Origin: a plasmid
Sequence record: NZ_CP128206.1
Reading direction: 5' to 3' (one strand)
DNA length: 64,000 nucleotides
This document shows positions 49,518 through 60,836 of this stretch, piece by piece; the first letter of the stretch is position 1, and every line of letters begins with the position of its first letter. The notes beneath the pieces were generated by a model. The model saw nothing but the letters and a program-made list of their open reading frames with translations. It made no database searches and was not told the origin of the DNA. The translations under genes and the position numbers were made by a program.

Positions 49518-52448
49518 CTAAGCAAAATCTTCCTGTTCTGACGGCTGTTTAAGCGGTCTTAACTCACCATTTAAAACCTGTTCGGTCAATGTAAATGAGT
49601 AATGCCCCAACATATTCACATGTTTATGGCTGAGTGGTGATAGTCTTGCAATGTCTTCATCTTTTAGTGTTTCACCTTGTCGTTCTACGTGCTCTAATGC
49701 AGCTTGCATATAGATGGTATTCCACAGCACAACGGCATTAGTGACTAAGCCAAGCGAACCCAATTGATCTTCTTGCCCTTCTCGGTAACGTTTGCGGATT
49801 TCACCGCGTTGACCGTGACAAATGGCTCTGGCAACGGCATGACGACTTTCGCCTCGGTTTAATTGGGTTAGTATTCTGCGTCGATAGTCTTCATCATCGA
49901 TGTAATTCAGTAAATATAATGTCTTATTGATACGACCAGCTTCGATAATGGCCTGAGCAAGACTCGATGGTCGGTCACTTTTGAGCAACGACCGAATCAG
50001 TTCTGATGCCTGCACTTTTCCCAGTTTAAGAGAGCCTGCTATACGCATCATGTCATCCCAGTGAAGCTCTATTTTTTGTGGATTTACGCAGTTTCGTGCT
50101 AGCTCATCGAGTACACCGTAATCCGCTTCTTTATCTACGCGCCAAAATACCGATTCGCCTGCATCGGCTAACCTTGGCGAGAACTGATATCCCAATAACC
50201 AGAATAAGCCGAAGACCATGTCACTGGCTCCTGCTGTATCTGTCATGATTTCAGTAGGGTTTAATCCGGTTTGCTGTTCCAATAACCCTTCGAGTACGAA
50301 TATGGAATCTCGTAGTGTTCCTGGTATAACGATTCCGTGAAATCCAGAAAACTGATCGGAGACGAAGTTATACCATGTGATACCACGGCTGGAGCCAAAG
50401 TATTTTCGGTTCGCACCTGAATTGACGGTTCTTATTGGTGTGATAAATCGCATCCCATCAGCAGAGGCAACTTCACCTCCGCCCCAATGCTTAGATAGTG
50501 CAAGAGTAGACTGAAAATCGACCAGTTTCGCGTTGGCTTTTACTAACGTTTCAGCACGTAAATAATTTTGTTTAACCCAACTGAGTCGGTGTCTGGTTAA
50601 AGCAGGGATATGAGACTTTATCAGTGGCTCAAGGCCGATATTGCAAGCTTCGGACAGTAACACGGCGCAGATACTTACCGTTAAATCATTGGCACGTGCG
50701 TTAGATTCGCTAATATGAGTGAATTCATCGGCAAAACCAGTATGAGCATTGACTTCAAGTAGTAGTTCTGTGAGGTCTACGGCAGGAAGTAACGCCTCAA
50801 CTTGTTTGGATAATCCCTGTAAGCTCGGAGGGTTATCTAGTCTATCAATATTTGTGATGGTCAGAGCTGGTCGTTTCCCCGAGATATCAATATCCACCGA
50901 ACCATTATCGTCAAAATTTGCGGCAACCTGATGATAGGTTGTATCCAGTTGCCTGACTAACGCATCGATGGCTTCTTTTGCGTTTAGCGGATGTCCCAGT
51001 GATCGACAGACCTGAATTCGGTTGGACTGCCACTCTTGCCCCTGCAAAAGTTTGGCTCTCGGATCGCCCCAGCGATCGCTGTTTTCGACATAGATATCTC
51101 GTCGGCGCAAGCTATCCTGTAATTTATCCAAAAAACACAGTGTGTAGCCTCGTTTAGTCACCCGACCACCTTTATCTAATACCAATCGCTTCCATGGATT
51201 AGATACGATATCCACTGGCGCATCATCAAGAATTTGTTTTTTTGAGTCGAGTAGTTGCGCTAAGTACTGGTGAACTTCAAGCGTTTTGTCTCCCGCAGGA
51301 GCGGCGGAAAATTCGATATCACGGAGCAGTTTTGGTAGAAAACGCCGAACTCGCTCGTACTGTTCAACCATCTCTTCATGAAAATTGTCATCATAAGGTC
51401 GGGCTAACTCGTGTACGGTAGAAATAGATTGCGCTAGCTTTTCCCGTGAAAATTTAGCAAAGATTGACGGACGTAGCGACTCATCATCTAAGTTGTCGTC
51501 TAGCAGCAGAGCACAAACTTTAGCTAAAGCCAGTGCAGATTTATCCAAATCTTTTAGAGTACGAAGACGCTTTTTCTGTCCTAATTTCTTCGCTTCGCCA
51601 GCGATATTTGTAATCAAAAGATCCAGTACATCCAACGCTTCATCTAATGCAATAATTTCATAGGCTTTCACAAAAGCCACGAGTATCGCAGTACGCTTAG
51701 TCTCCGGCATACGGCCTATTTTGTATGCCGAGATCATTCCAGCATGACGGGCAATATGTTTAAACCGGACGGGAGGAATACCAGTAAAATCCAGTTCAGT
51801 TATTCCATAGGTTTGAAGTGCTTTGTAACGTTCAATAGCCTCATTAAATGCAGGGCCACTGATATTGACCGGCCCCTTACGAAAACGGTCGAAGTGTGTT
51901 GTTCTGGCTGCTTCAGGAATTTGTAGTAAGGAATCCAACCTAGCTTGCTGATCCGAATTTGGGAGACTGGATAGTTGCTGCCACAATCGGTTTTCTGCTC
52001 GGTCTCTGATTTGTGAAATTAAACGGGTTAAAGTTGATGCGCCTGGTAAAAGGATTTTATGTTGGATCAGCCATCCGGTCGCTAAATCAAACAGTAAACT
52101 CGGGCGTTCATTACTGATCCAACTCCGGCTATAGAGAAGGCGGGATAACAGGAATGACCACGGCCAAACAAACTCACGATAACCATACTGATTGCGGATC
52201 AGAGCGGTATGCTCGCGGCGTGTGGTTTCGCGCTGAGAATAGTCAGACAAAATACCAATATTGGTTATATTCAGTTGCCTTGCGACAAACCATTGGGTAT
52301 TCGTTGGGATTTGATTTAAATCGATCAAGAAAGTACCAAGAAAGCGAACACAACCTAATTGCAGCGCAACTCCAAATCGATTGTGTTCACCACGTCTTTG
52401 TGTAATAAAAGCTAAGTCAGCCTCGTCCAAATGGAAGTACCGCGCCAA
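49518..52448 (-). CDS. tnpA: Tn3-family transposase TnpA (976 aa)
   Basis: N-terminal MARYFHLDEADLAFITQRRGEHNRFGVALQLGCVRFLG (DUF4158) and C-terminal DDE_Tnp_Tn3 region. The stop lies inside the left IR. Confidence 0.93.
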   Translation of the reverse strand: MARYFHLDEADLAFITQRRGEHNRFGVALQLGCVRFLGTFLIDLNQIPTNTQWFVARQLNITNIGILSDYSQRETTRREHTALIRNQYGYREFVWPWSFLLSRLLYSRSWISNERPSLLFDLATGWLIQHKILLPGASTLTRLISQIRDRAENRLWQQLSSLPNSDQQARLDSLLQIPEAARTTHFDRFRKGPVNISGPAFNEAIERYKALQTYGITELDFTGIPPVRFKHIARHAGMISAYKIGRMPETKRTAILVAFVKAYEIIALDEALDVLDLLITNIAGEAKKLGQKKRLRTLKDLDKSALALAKVCALLLDDNLDDESLRPSIFAKFSREKLAQSISTVHELARPYDDNFHEEMVEQYERVRRFLPKLLRDIEFSAAPAGDKTLEVHQYLAQLLDSKKQILDDAPVDIVSNPWKRLVLDKGGRVTKRGYTLCFLDKLQDSLRRRDIYVENSDRWGDPRAKLLQGQEWQSNRIQVCRSLGHPLNAKEAIDALVRQLDTTYHQVAANFDDNGSVDIDISGKRPALTITNIDRLDNPPSLQGLSKQVEALLPAVDLTELLLEVNAHTGFADEFTHISESNARANDLTVSICAVLLSEACNIGLEPLIKSHIPALTRHRLSWVKQNYLRAETLVKANAKLVDFQSTLALSKHWGGGEVASADGMRFITPIRTVNSGANRKYFGSSRGITWYNFVSDQFSGFHGIVIPGTLRDSIFVLEGLLEQQTGLNPTEIMTDTAGASDMVFGLFWLLGYQFSPRLADAGESVFWRVDKEADYGVLDELARNCVNPQKIELHWDDMMRIAGSLKLGKVQASELIRSLLKSDRPSSLAQAIIEAGRINKTLYLLNYIDDEDYRRRILTQLNRGESRHAVARAICHGQRGEIRKRYREGQEDQLGSLGLVTNAVVLWNTIYMQAALEHVERQGETLKDEDIARLSPLSHKHVNMLGHYSFTLTEQVLNGELRPLKQPSEQEDFA

Positions 52449-52607
52449 TTGAACATCATTCGGCTCCCCATTAAATTGCCCGTAACTATTTTTTTGTTCA
52501 GTGGTTAAAAAAATCTACGGGCATAGCCAAAACCTCTTATTGGTTACACAAACTCAAATCAGTGACGTATTGTTTTCCCATTTCCGGCATGTAAGCCATG
52601 AGGAATT

Positions 52608-52907
52608 TTAATAAATATCTGGATGGAAATGCCGCAATGGTTCCATTTGCTGATGAAGAATACGGATTATGTAAATACTATGAGGTTGTGGGCGATAAAA
52701 AATAGCATGTTTATGGTGATCGTGGCGGCGAAGCCCTTCGGCAATTTCGGGGCACTCGTAACCCATCAAAGGTTGTTCTGCAAGCGTTAGCAAAACGTCA
52801 TGCATACTGTCTGTATAAGCATCCGCTTGCTCTATGCCAAAGTTCAATAGGGTGTATTCAAAGATATGCTCAAAGTCTTCTGCGGCGAGGTTGGAAAGTT
52901 TATACAT
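52608..52907 (-). CDS. parE: ParE-family toxin (99 aa)
   Basis: ParE-like sequence overlapping the upstream antitoxin gene by 8 nt. Confidence 0.75.
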   Translation of the reverse strand: MYKLSNLAAEDFEHIFEYTLLNFGIEQADAYTDSMHDVLLTLAEQPLMGYECPEIAEGLRRHDHHKHAIFYRPQPHSIYIIRILHQQMEPLRHFHPDIY

Positions 52908-53142
52908 TGTGTCTCTGCTTTACTTTAGTCGCAATGTCATGAAGTGATAATGAGCATTGACCACTCTGCTCTCCGGCTTCAATCGCCATTTTTAGAGCCG
53001 TGGTTTGTTTCTCTTGCCTTTCGAGTAGCCGCAATGCAGAACGAACTACTTCGCTTGTTGAGCCATAGCGACCAGTCGCTATGAGTTGGCCGACAAACTC
53101 ATCTAGCTGAGACCCAATCGTAACACTAGTTGTGCGTGACAT
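52900..53142 (-). CDS. parD: ParD/CopG-type antitoxin (80 aa)
   Basis: Ribbon-helix-helix-like N-terminus; partner of parE. Confidence 0.7.
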   Translation of the reverse strand: MSRTTSVTIGSQLDEFVGQLIATGRYGSTSEVVRSALRLLERQEKQTTALKMAIEAGEQSGQCSLSLHDIATKVKQRHNV

Positions 53143-53337
53143 ATTTCCACCTACATGTGTGAATAATTAACACACCAATAATAGGTCAACTAAAATTCAA
53201 AATCAAATCACGATCTTCGTATGACAGTGAAGTATACTTATAAGTCACACGTAAAAATTGACACGAAAAGTAGATTTGTCATAACCTATTTGTCACACTT
53301 GTTTAGATCATAATCTAAATGTCACTTTGAGGGGCTT

Positions 53338-53973
53338 ATGTACATCTTTGGATACTTAAGAGCATCAACCTCTGATCAGAATGCAAAACGTGCTCAAGGT
53401 GCTTTACAGGAGTTTGCACAGCAAAAGGGCTTTCGAATAGCAGGTTGGTATATTGAGAATGAATCGGGAGCCTCATTACAAAGACCTGAATTACTCCGAT
53501 TACTTGATGATGCTGCAATTGGTGATGCGATCATAATAGAGCAAATTGATCGTCTTTCTCGACTTGATGAAGAAAGTTGGTTCAAATTAAAAGAAATGCT
53601 GAACCAAAAGGAACTTAAGGTAATCAGTATCGATTTACCAACTAGCCATATCGCTTTTGCGCCACACATTCCCGACGAGTTCACTCGTTCGATGATCAGG
53701 GCTATTAATGGGATGATGATGGATATGCTCGCTGCAATTGCACGAAAAGATTACCAAGATCGACGGCGGCGGCAAGCTGAAGGGATCATGAAGGCTCGAG
53801 AAGAGGGAAAATATCGAGGAAGACAAGCAGATCTCCAGCTTCATGAAAAAATCTATCAGTTAAGAGTTATCAATGGGTTAAGTATCAGTGATACCGCTAA
53901 ATTGACGAATGTGTCCACTAGAACGGTAATCCGGGTGGCTAAGAAGTTAGCAAGTGAGCGTTCATTGGGATAA
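53338..53973 (+). CDS. tnpR: Tn3-family resolvase TnpR (serine recombinase, 211 aa)
   Basis: MYIFGYLRASTSDQN... catalytic domain and a C-terminal HTH. Divergent from tnpA, with a ~190-bp putative res region between them. Confidence 0.9.
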   Translation: MYIFGYLRASTSDQNAKRAQGALQEFAQQKGFRIAGWYIENESGASLQRPELLRLLDDAAIGDAIIIEQIDRLSRLDEESWFKLKEMLNQKELKVISIDLPTSHIAFAPHIPDEFTRSMIRAINGMMMDMLAAIARKDYQDRRRRQAEGIMKAREEGKYRGRQADLQLHEKIYQLRVINGLSISDTAKLTNVSTRTVIRVAKKLASERSLG

Positions 53974-54469
53974 GAAGCTTAACGTTTCTGTTCCTTATGG
54001 GCTTTAGTCCCCTAAACAAGAAATGCCCCAAAACGAGTTAACTCGTTGTCTGTGACGCAGTCAAACGCAGACTTTTTCGCCTACAAATTTTCATCCATTT
54101 CACTCAAATGTTGTCCTTCTTTGAAATACCTAAAAGCTGGACGGGCATACAGTCATATTGAAATCATGGCGATTTTTATCTCAACTTCGTGCGCGTCTTT
54201 ACATTCCAATACAAATAAATATGATTAAAATCATGTGATTATAAAGCCTATGGGTTAGATAATAGGTTTGGGAAACGCGCATGCGAACTATAAAATGTTA
54301 TAAGCACAATGGTTTGGAGTAAAATGGATAAAATTTCTCTCGCGATTTCTAGCGCCTTTATTGGTGTTATTGCAACGCATGTTTACACGATCATGAAAGA
54401 GTGGCGGCGCAAGGTTAAAATTAAGCAGCAATTAAAATTGGAACTATCCGCTATTCAACTCCAACTTCA

Positions 54470-55018
54470 ACAGGGCTTTGTTGCGTAATTCGAGGGAACT
54501 AAATCAGAAGGTTGCGATCTGATCGGCTAAGTAAGTTAATTATCCTAGTCTCATGCCGAAACCTCGCTACAAAACAACGAACTGGAAACAGTACAACAAA
54601 GCCTTAATCAACCGTGGTTCACTCACTTTCTGGATTGATGAAGAAGCCATTCGCCAGTGGAAGCAGAGCAAACAAGATAAACGAGGTAGGCCTCGCCAGT
54701 TCAGCGACTTAGCCATTACTACTGCGCTTATGGTGAAACGAGTTTTCTCAATGCCGTTGAGAGCATTGCAAGGGTTTATCGATTCTGTTTTTTCATTGGC
54801 TAACGTCCCTATAGTCTGCCCACATTACAGTTGTATCAGTCGAAGAGCTAAGCAAGTCGAGGTTTCATTTAAACCAAAGACTGGAGGTGCAATACAGCAT
54901 CTAGCCATTGATGCAACAGGTCTCAAGGTTTATGGCGAAGGTGAATGGAAGGTCAAGAAGCATGGTACTGACGGGAAGCGTAGAGTCTGGAGAAAGTTGC
55001 ATTTTGTAGTGGTACGGT
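54470..55018 (+). mobile_element. IS903-group IS, copy 3: left IR plus first 155 codons of a more divergent transposase (54553..55020), truncated by an IS3-family insertion
   Basis: IR GGCTTTGTTGCGTAATTCGAGGGAAC. The transposase is ~85% identical to copies 1 and 2 and ends abruptly at the IS3 terminus. Confidence 0.8.
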
Positions 55019-56290
<1,272 letters not shown>

Positions 56291-56554
56291 TTGTAGCATA
56301 GTGAACATGCTCACTAGGTTAGAGCTATTTTCAATACGCCCTGTAATCCATTAAATACTAAATTTGATATGCATGTAATTCAGAGATCTCCAAAAGCAAC
56401 CTGCTCGATACGTGGCAGCTTGCGTGCCTCCGGGTTAACTTCACTTCTATTTACACATCTCATAGAATGCCCAACTTATTGCTCAACAAATCTGTAAACT
56501 TTCTTAAATCACAATTATATGATGCGCTAAGTTTACTAAGATAATCAGTATTTT

Positions 56555-57628
56555 ATGATCATAAAAAACGAAATCAGACAAGTTCTATCATTGATTCTGC
56601 CAGTTTTATTAACGGCATCTATCGTTTCATACCTTGCGACCCTAATGCACCACCTGCCCACAACGCCATTGATGATCGCTTCGATAGGCGCTTCCATTAC
56701 AATTGTATTCGTTGTGCCAAGTAGTCCTATGGGGAGAACTTGGCCTGTTTTGGCAGGCCATCTGCTGCCGGCATTAGTTGGTGTATGTCTTACATCTTTG
56801 ATAGACGATGCGACAATACTTTGCTTAACGACGATAACGCTGAGCATTATTACGATGGTTATTTTTAAGTGCGTTCATCCGCCTGGTGTGGCCACAGCAC
56901 TGGTGCCAGCAATAAGCCAAAGTACGCAGCCAGCAATGGGACTCTCATTTCTTCTAGATCCGGTATTATTCAATATTATCCCGCTTATCATTTGTGGCTA
57001 TTTTTACCGTTGGTACCTCAACCACAGGGCATCTAAAAAAGAGTCATCAGGCTCAACATCAACACTCGCTCACAATAAAAGCTCTATCTTTTTTAGTGAG
57101 TTACATGAAACCATTGCAGCGAGAAATGAGTGGCTCGATATCGATGAGAGAACGCTAGACGATATTTTCAAACAGACTCATTTACTTGCGCTGGAACATC
57201 GGCATCAAAAATTGACTTGTGAGCATGTAATGACGAGCCGGTTGATAACATTGAAGCCGAATGACACTATCCATAAAGCATTGGAACTACTTCAGCAGAA
57301 TCAATTTACGGCTTTACCTGTGGTTGATGATGAGCATGAGCTTGTGGGGATATTTTCCTTGGTTGACTTTCTAAGAAGTGTTGAGAATAGAAAGTTTGAC
57401 TCATTTATCGCGCTTTACCTGCACGCAAAGAAAAAAGCCAAGAAAGAGGTAAGCCAATTTATGAATGCAGCGCCAGTGTTTATGCGCACGGATACCCATA
57501 TCGCGCGAATGATTCCTCTTCTAACATCAGGGTATCACCATATACCTATTGTCGATAATAGAAACCGACTTAAAGGCATGGTGACTCAATCAGACCTCAT
57601 TGAATTCCTTTACAATATCAAGGCCTAA
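56555..57628 (+). CDS. HPP-family membrane protein fused to a CBS-domain pair (357 aa)
   Basis: N-terminal multi-TM HPP region with HPP motif (VHPPG) and two C-terminal CBS domains. Confidence 0.75.
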   Translation: MIIKNEIRQVLSLILPVLLTASIVSYLATLMHHLPTTPLMIASIGASITIVFVVPSSPMGRTWPVLAGHLLPALVGVCLTSLIDDATILCLTTITLSIITMVIFKCVHPPGVATALVPAISQSTQPAMGLSFLLDPVLFNIIPLIICGYFYRWYLNHRASKKESSGSTSTLAHNKSSIFFSELHETIAARNEWLDIDERTLDDIFKQTHLLALEHRHQKLTCEHVMTSRLITLKPNDTIHKALELLQQNQFTALPVVDDEHELVGIFSLVDFLRSVENRKFDSFIALYLHAKKKAKKEVSQFMNAAPVFMRTDTHIARMIPLLTSGYHHIPIVDNRNRLKGMVTQSDLIEFLYNIKA

Positions 57629-57697
57629 CGATGCGTTTTTATAGTGTACAAGCCACTTAAAACCTATTCTTGACGCTGTGAAAGGGCGTTCGATGTT

Positions 57698-58375
57698 TCA
57701 AGTTATCCTGTCATCGAAGGGGACATCCAGCCCTAAACTCTCTTTTGCCCAAATGACGGCCTGAACCCTATTCTTTGCGTTGATTTTTTTGAATAGATTA
57801 TGCAGATGGGATTTTACGGTATTCAGACTTACGCCAAAATGCTCAGCGATTTCAGGGTTCGTTTGTCCTTTCACTAATAATTTAACGACCTCATGCTCAC
57901 GTTTGGTCAGCACGGCGCCTAGCATTCGGCTGGAGAGCACAGGGATATTGCTGCGAAAATGTAGGATATAGTCCTGAGAGAGTTGCCTGGACAGCCACAT
58001 TTCACCTTGCATGATTTTATGGGTGCCTTGCAAAATCTTGTCAATATAGTCATCTGCATAAAACACCCCATACAAATTGGGCCACTTGAATAAGTACGCC
58101 ACGCTGATGTCTCTCGGGCAGTTAATCAGTATTTCTTTGGCGTGTAAGCCTATCTGATATTTGATGTTGTAGTAGTTGTTCTCGAACTCATCCGTAATGT
58201 GGGCAAAATCAATAAAAATGTATTTTGCGCAGGTACTTTTCTCGATGCTCAACTGGCTGAAACGTTGTAATTCAACCGACAGAGGAAGGCTTCGCCCCAG
58301 AGTTTCTTTGAGCATGGTCGACGTAAGGCTTTCTTCTGAAAAAAGCAGGGCGTTCTGGATGCCTGGATAGTTCAT
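57698..58375 (-). CDS. VpsT/CsgD-family LuxR-type regulator (225 aa) with a W-L-S-R motif at the position of the VpsT c-di-GMP-binding W[F/L/M][T/S]R
   Basis: C-terminal LuxR HTH (EHEVVKLLVKGQTNPEIAEHFGVSLNTVKSHLHNLFKKI). N-terminal receiver-like domain with ...KIMQGEMWLSRQL. Confidence 0.8.
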   Translation of the reverse strand: MNYPGIQNALLFSEESLTSTMLKETLGRSLPLSVELQRFSQLSIEKSTCAKYIFIDFAHITDEFENNYYNIKYQIGLHAKEILINCPRDISVAYLFKWPNLYGVFYADDYIDKILQGTHKIMQGEMWLSRQLSQDYILHFRSNIPVLSSRMLGAVLTKREHEVVKLLVKGQTNPEIAEHFGVSLNTVKSHLHNLFKKINAKNRVQAVIWAKESLGLDVPFDDRIT

Positions 58376-58536
58376 GGGTACCTTTCGATATAGGCAATAA
58401 GTTGTCTATTACTCTACCGCGATGATTTTGTGTCTCAAGAGGGATGTGGCGAATTGTGATAACCGTCAACGTAGCAATAAAACACTCACCCATGGAAAGA
58501 GGGGGCGTCCGTGTTGTCATCGCCTGGTTATGGCAT

Positions 58537-58764
58537 TCACAGCTTTAATCGCACGTTAAGCTCTCCTGACACTCCCTTTGAATTAGGACAGTACTGCGTT
58601 AACGATATCTCCATGGCTTTAAGAAGAGCAATGTAGATGTCTTCCGGTTGCTCGTAACTGATAGCGTTGCTGTCGATGGAGAGTATGGTTTCACCCCTCA
58701 GAGAGAAATGGTACTGAAGACCATCGAGGCTGAAGGTCGGGGCCAACTGATTATTTGTTTTCAT
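58537..58764 (-). CDS. hypothetical protein (75 aa)
   Basis: ORF only. Confidence 0.3.
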   Translation of the reverse strand: MKTNNQLAPTFSLDGLQYHFSLRGETILSIDSNAISYEQPEDIYIALLKAMEISLTQYCPNSKGVSGELNVRLKL

Positions 58765-58962
58765 CGCGAATCTTCACATAGTTGCTGTATACCTTAACTT
58801 TAGTATTAGAAATGACAATACGCCACATTATGCTTATCAGCTTCAGACCAAAGAGTGAGAGCAGCCGTCACGTCACGCGGTCTGAAAGCCAGCGGCATGG
58901 TGCATTGTTATTGCGAGTAAAAGGGGGTTAAATGAGGGCTTCTTTGGCTCTTACGAACACGT

Positions 58963-59544
58963 ATGAAACACGATAGCGATTACTACTCACAACTGGCAGC
59001 GTTAGTGTGCCATGCATTGCTTCATCTTTTTATGGAAGTCTCCGCGACACCTCGGTTTGTGCCTGTCTCAAAGCGAAACGACATATTGGTTCGCTATCTC
59101 AAGCACAAGTTGAACGCGCGCCACGGTCATCAGTTCAAAAAGGACATCAAAGCCATGATTCAGTTAGGGCGCAGCCTTAACGGCAATTTAGAAGCCAAGC
59201 TTTTAAGCCTACATGACAGCATGACCATGGCGAATACGACCGATATGGCTAAGTTGCATGCTTTATTGCTGTATCTGAATGAGAGGCTGGGAGTAGAGTC
59301 CGAAGTCTTTCTTGAAGGACAAGAACCGAGTCCGGACATCCTCTATATGCTGGAAGAGCAAATCCAACACGGCTTCAACGACCACAAGCAGCAAGTGGCA
59401 CCGCTGTCGATGTTGCTTCAATCGGACCAAGCGCACCGACTTGAGTCTGTGGTGAATGAGCATGGTGGCTTTATTGCAGAAACCAAGGAATGGAACGCGG
59501 ACACTCAGCAGCTCCACCTGCTGCTGCATCCTTTGAGAGGTTGA
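58963..59544 (+). CDS. hypothetical protein (193 aa)
   Basis: ORF only. Confidence 0.4.
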   Translation: MKHDSDYYSQLAALVCHALLHLFMEVSATPRFVPVSKRNDILVRYLKHKLNARHGHQFKKDIKAMIQLGRSLNGNLEAKLLSLHDSMTMANTTDMAKLHALLLYLNERLGVESEVFLEGQEPSPDILYMLEEQIQHGFNDHKQQVAPLSMLLQSDQAHRLESVVNEHGGFIAETKEWNADTQQLHLLLHPLRG

Positions 59545-59571
59545 TGCTAAAGGCGCAAAAACGTATTCAGG

Positions 59572-59835
59572 CTAAATCGCATAGTCTGGTGAGATGTCTT
59601 CAATTTTCACCAAATGAACATCGACTTCGGAGAGCCGAGCAAAGGTGGGCTCATCTGAGGGTTGTTCGACAATATGGACGATATTGGCCACCCGATAACA
59701 CCCAGCGCTGGGTGCCTTGAAGAACACCGTTTCATCCAGTTTCGGCAATAGCGGAGTGGTATTGTCGACAGACGTAATTCGATTTCGGATAGATAGCGTG
59801 CCATCGGGCGCGACTTCATAAAAGTTAACAATCAT
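59572..59835 (-). CDS. hypothetical protein (87 aa)
   Basis: ORF only. Confidence 0.35.
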   Translation of the reverse strand: MIVNFYEVAPDGTLSIRNRITSVDNTTPLLPKLDETVFFKAPSAGCYRVANIVHIVEQPSDEPTFARLSEVDVHLVKIEDISPDYAI

Positions 59836-60601
59836 GCGCTTCTCTGGGGTTGTTCAGTGAATGTCCTGTACTAAAACAACGTGGCAGAATAATCAATGCC
59901 ATGATTGCAAAACTGACAAGTAGGACCTCTCGAACTACCCTTAAGTGGGTATCCTGCCTCTATTGCCCACCTCAGTATTACGGCCAACGTTGCGGCGGAT
60001 TTTTAAAAAGTGCTCATGCAATGTGAGAGATTTGAGATGAAAGAAAGAGTCTACCATGAGGCGCTGCTGGTTATTCAGGCACTGGTTGTGCCTGACACTC
60101 GGTATCCCGCGGCTTTTTGCACGAGAGACTTTATCCAGCAATGCCAGCTTTGTGGGATGTCTGGGAGCGTTAGCCTGTCCGACGCGAATCGGTTGTTGCG
60201 CGAACTGGCTCAAAGGAACGATGCGGTGTGGCAAGGCTGCCAATTTGACCCTGACTGCAACTTAAGTTGGAACTATCGCCGCTGAACTAATTGACGAATC
60301 CATGTTCCGCGCGGTTTGTTTCACCAGAGTCATTAGGACATGGGTCACATTTCTGCATCTCCGTTCATCGTGTCATGCACGTTTGCCTATACTGAGTGAA
60401 TAGAGGCCCTACCCAACCTCTATAATGTAAGTATCACGATTGATAAACCCTCAAAGCAGCCGCCGTTTGGCGGCTCTTTTTTTCAATGACTAAGCGCACA
60501 GTTCTCTCGCCATTCTTCCAAAATTGATTTACGAACAGAACGTCGTTCGTTTACAGTCAAGCATAACCACTCACGACCGACATGGATGTAAGAGGTGAAC
60601 C

Positions 60602-60814
60602 ATGATGCACAGCCATGCTGACAGTTGGGACCGATACCATGCTGCCTGCGAACGCCTGGCACTGCTCGAAGCCAGCTATACCCATACGCAGCACCGTTAT
60701 CTTCAAGGTCAGGTTTCTCAGGAAGTGTACGAACTGGCGTGGAGTCTGAAACTCTCGGCAGAGCGACAAGTCCGAATTTTACGTCACCAGCTCGCGATGG
60801 AAGTTTGCGGCTGA
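60602..60814 (+). CDS. hypothetical small protein (70 aa), immediately upstream of the EAL gene
   Basis: ORF ends 22 nt before the EAL gene start. Confidence 0.3.
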   Translation: MMHSHADSWDRYHAACERLALLEASYTHTQHRYLQGQVSQEVYELAWSLKLSAERQVRILRHQLAMEVCG

Positions 60815-60836
60815 GAGCAGAACGAAGGAGTCACTG

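Larger units (their letters stand above)
49485..54012. mobile_element. compact Tn3-family transposon: left IR (38 bp, GGGGTCTGAAGCCCAATGGAACGAAAACGTACGCTAAGC), tnpA, parE/parD TA, res region, tnpR, degenerate right IR (53977..54012); no resistance cargo, no 5-bp target duplication
   Basis: The left IR closely matches the Tn3/Tn1000-type IR. The right-end reverse complement GGGGACTAAAGCCCATAAGGAACAGAAACGTTAAGC is ~75% identical. Flanks differ (TTTAT vs TAAAC). Confidence 0.8.

Noticed and set aside
59941-60285. Overlapping ORFs 59941..60243 (-) and 60010..60285 (+)
   Set aside because: Mutually exclusive. Neither has features that allow a choice, so they are mentioned only within the hypothetical cluster.
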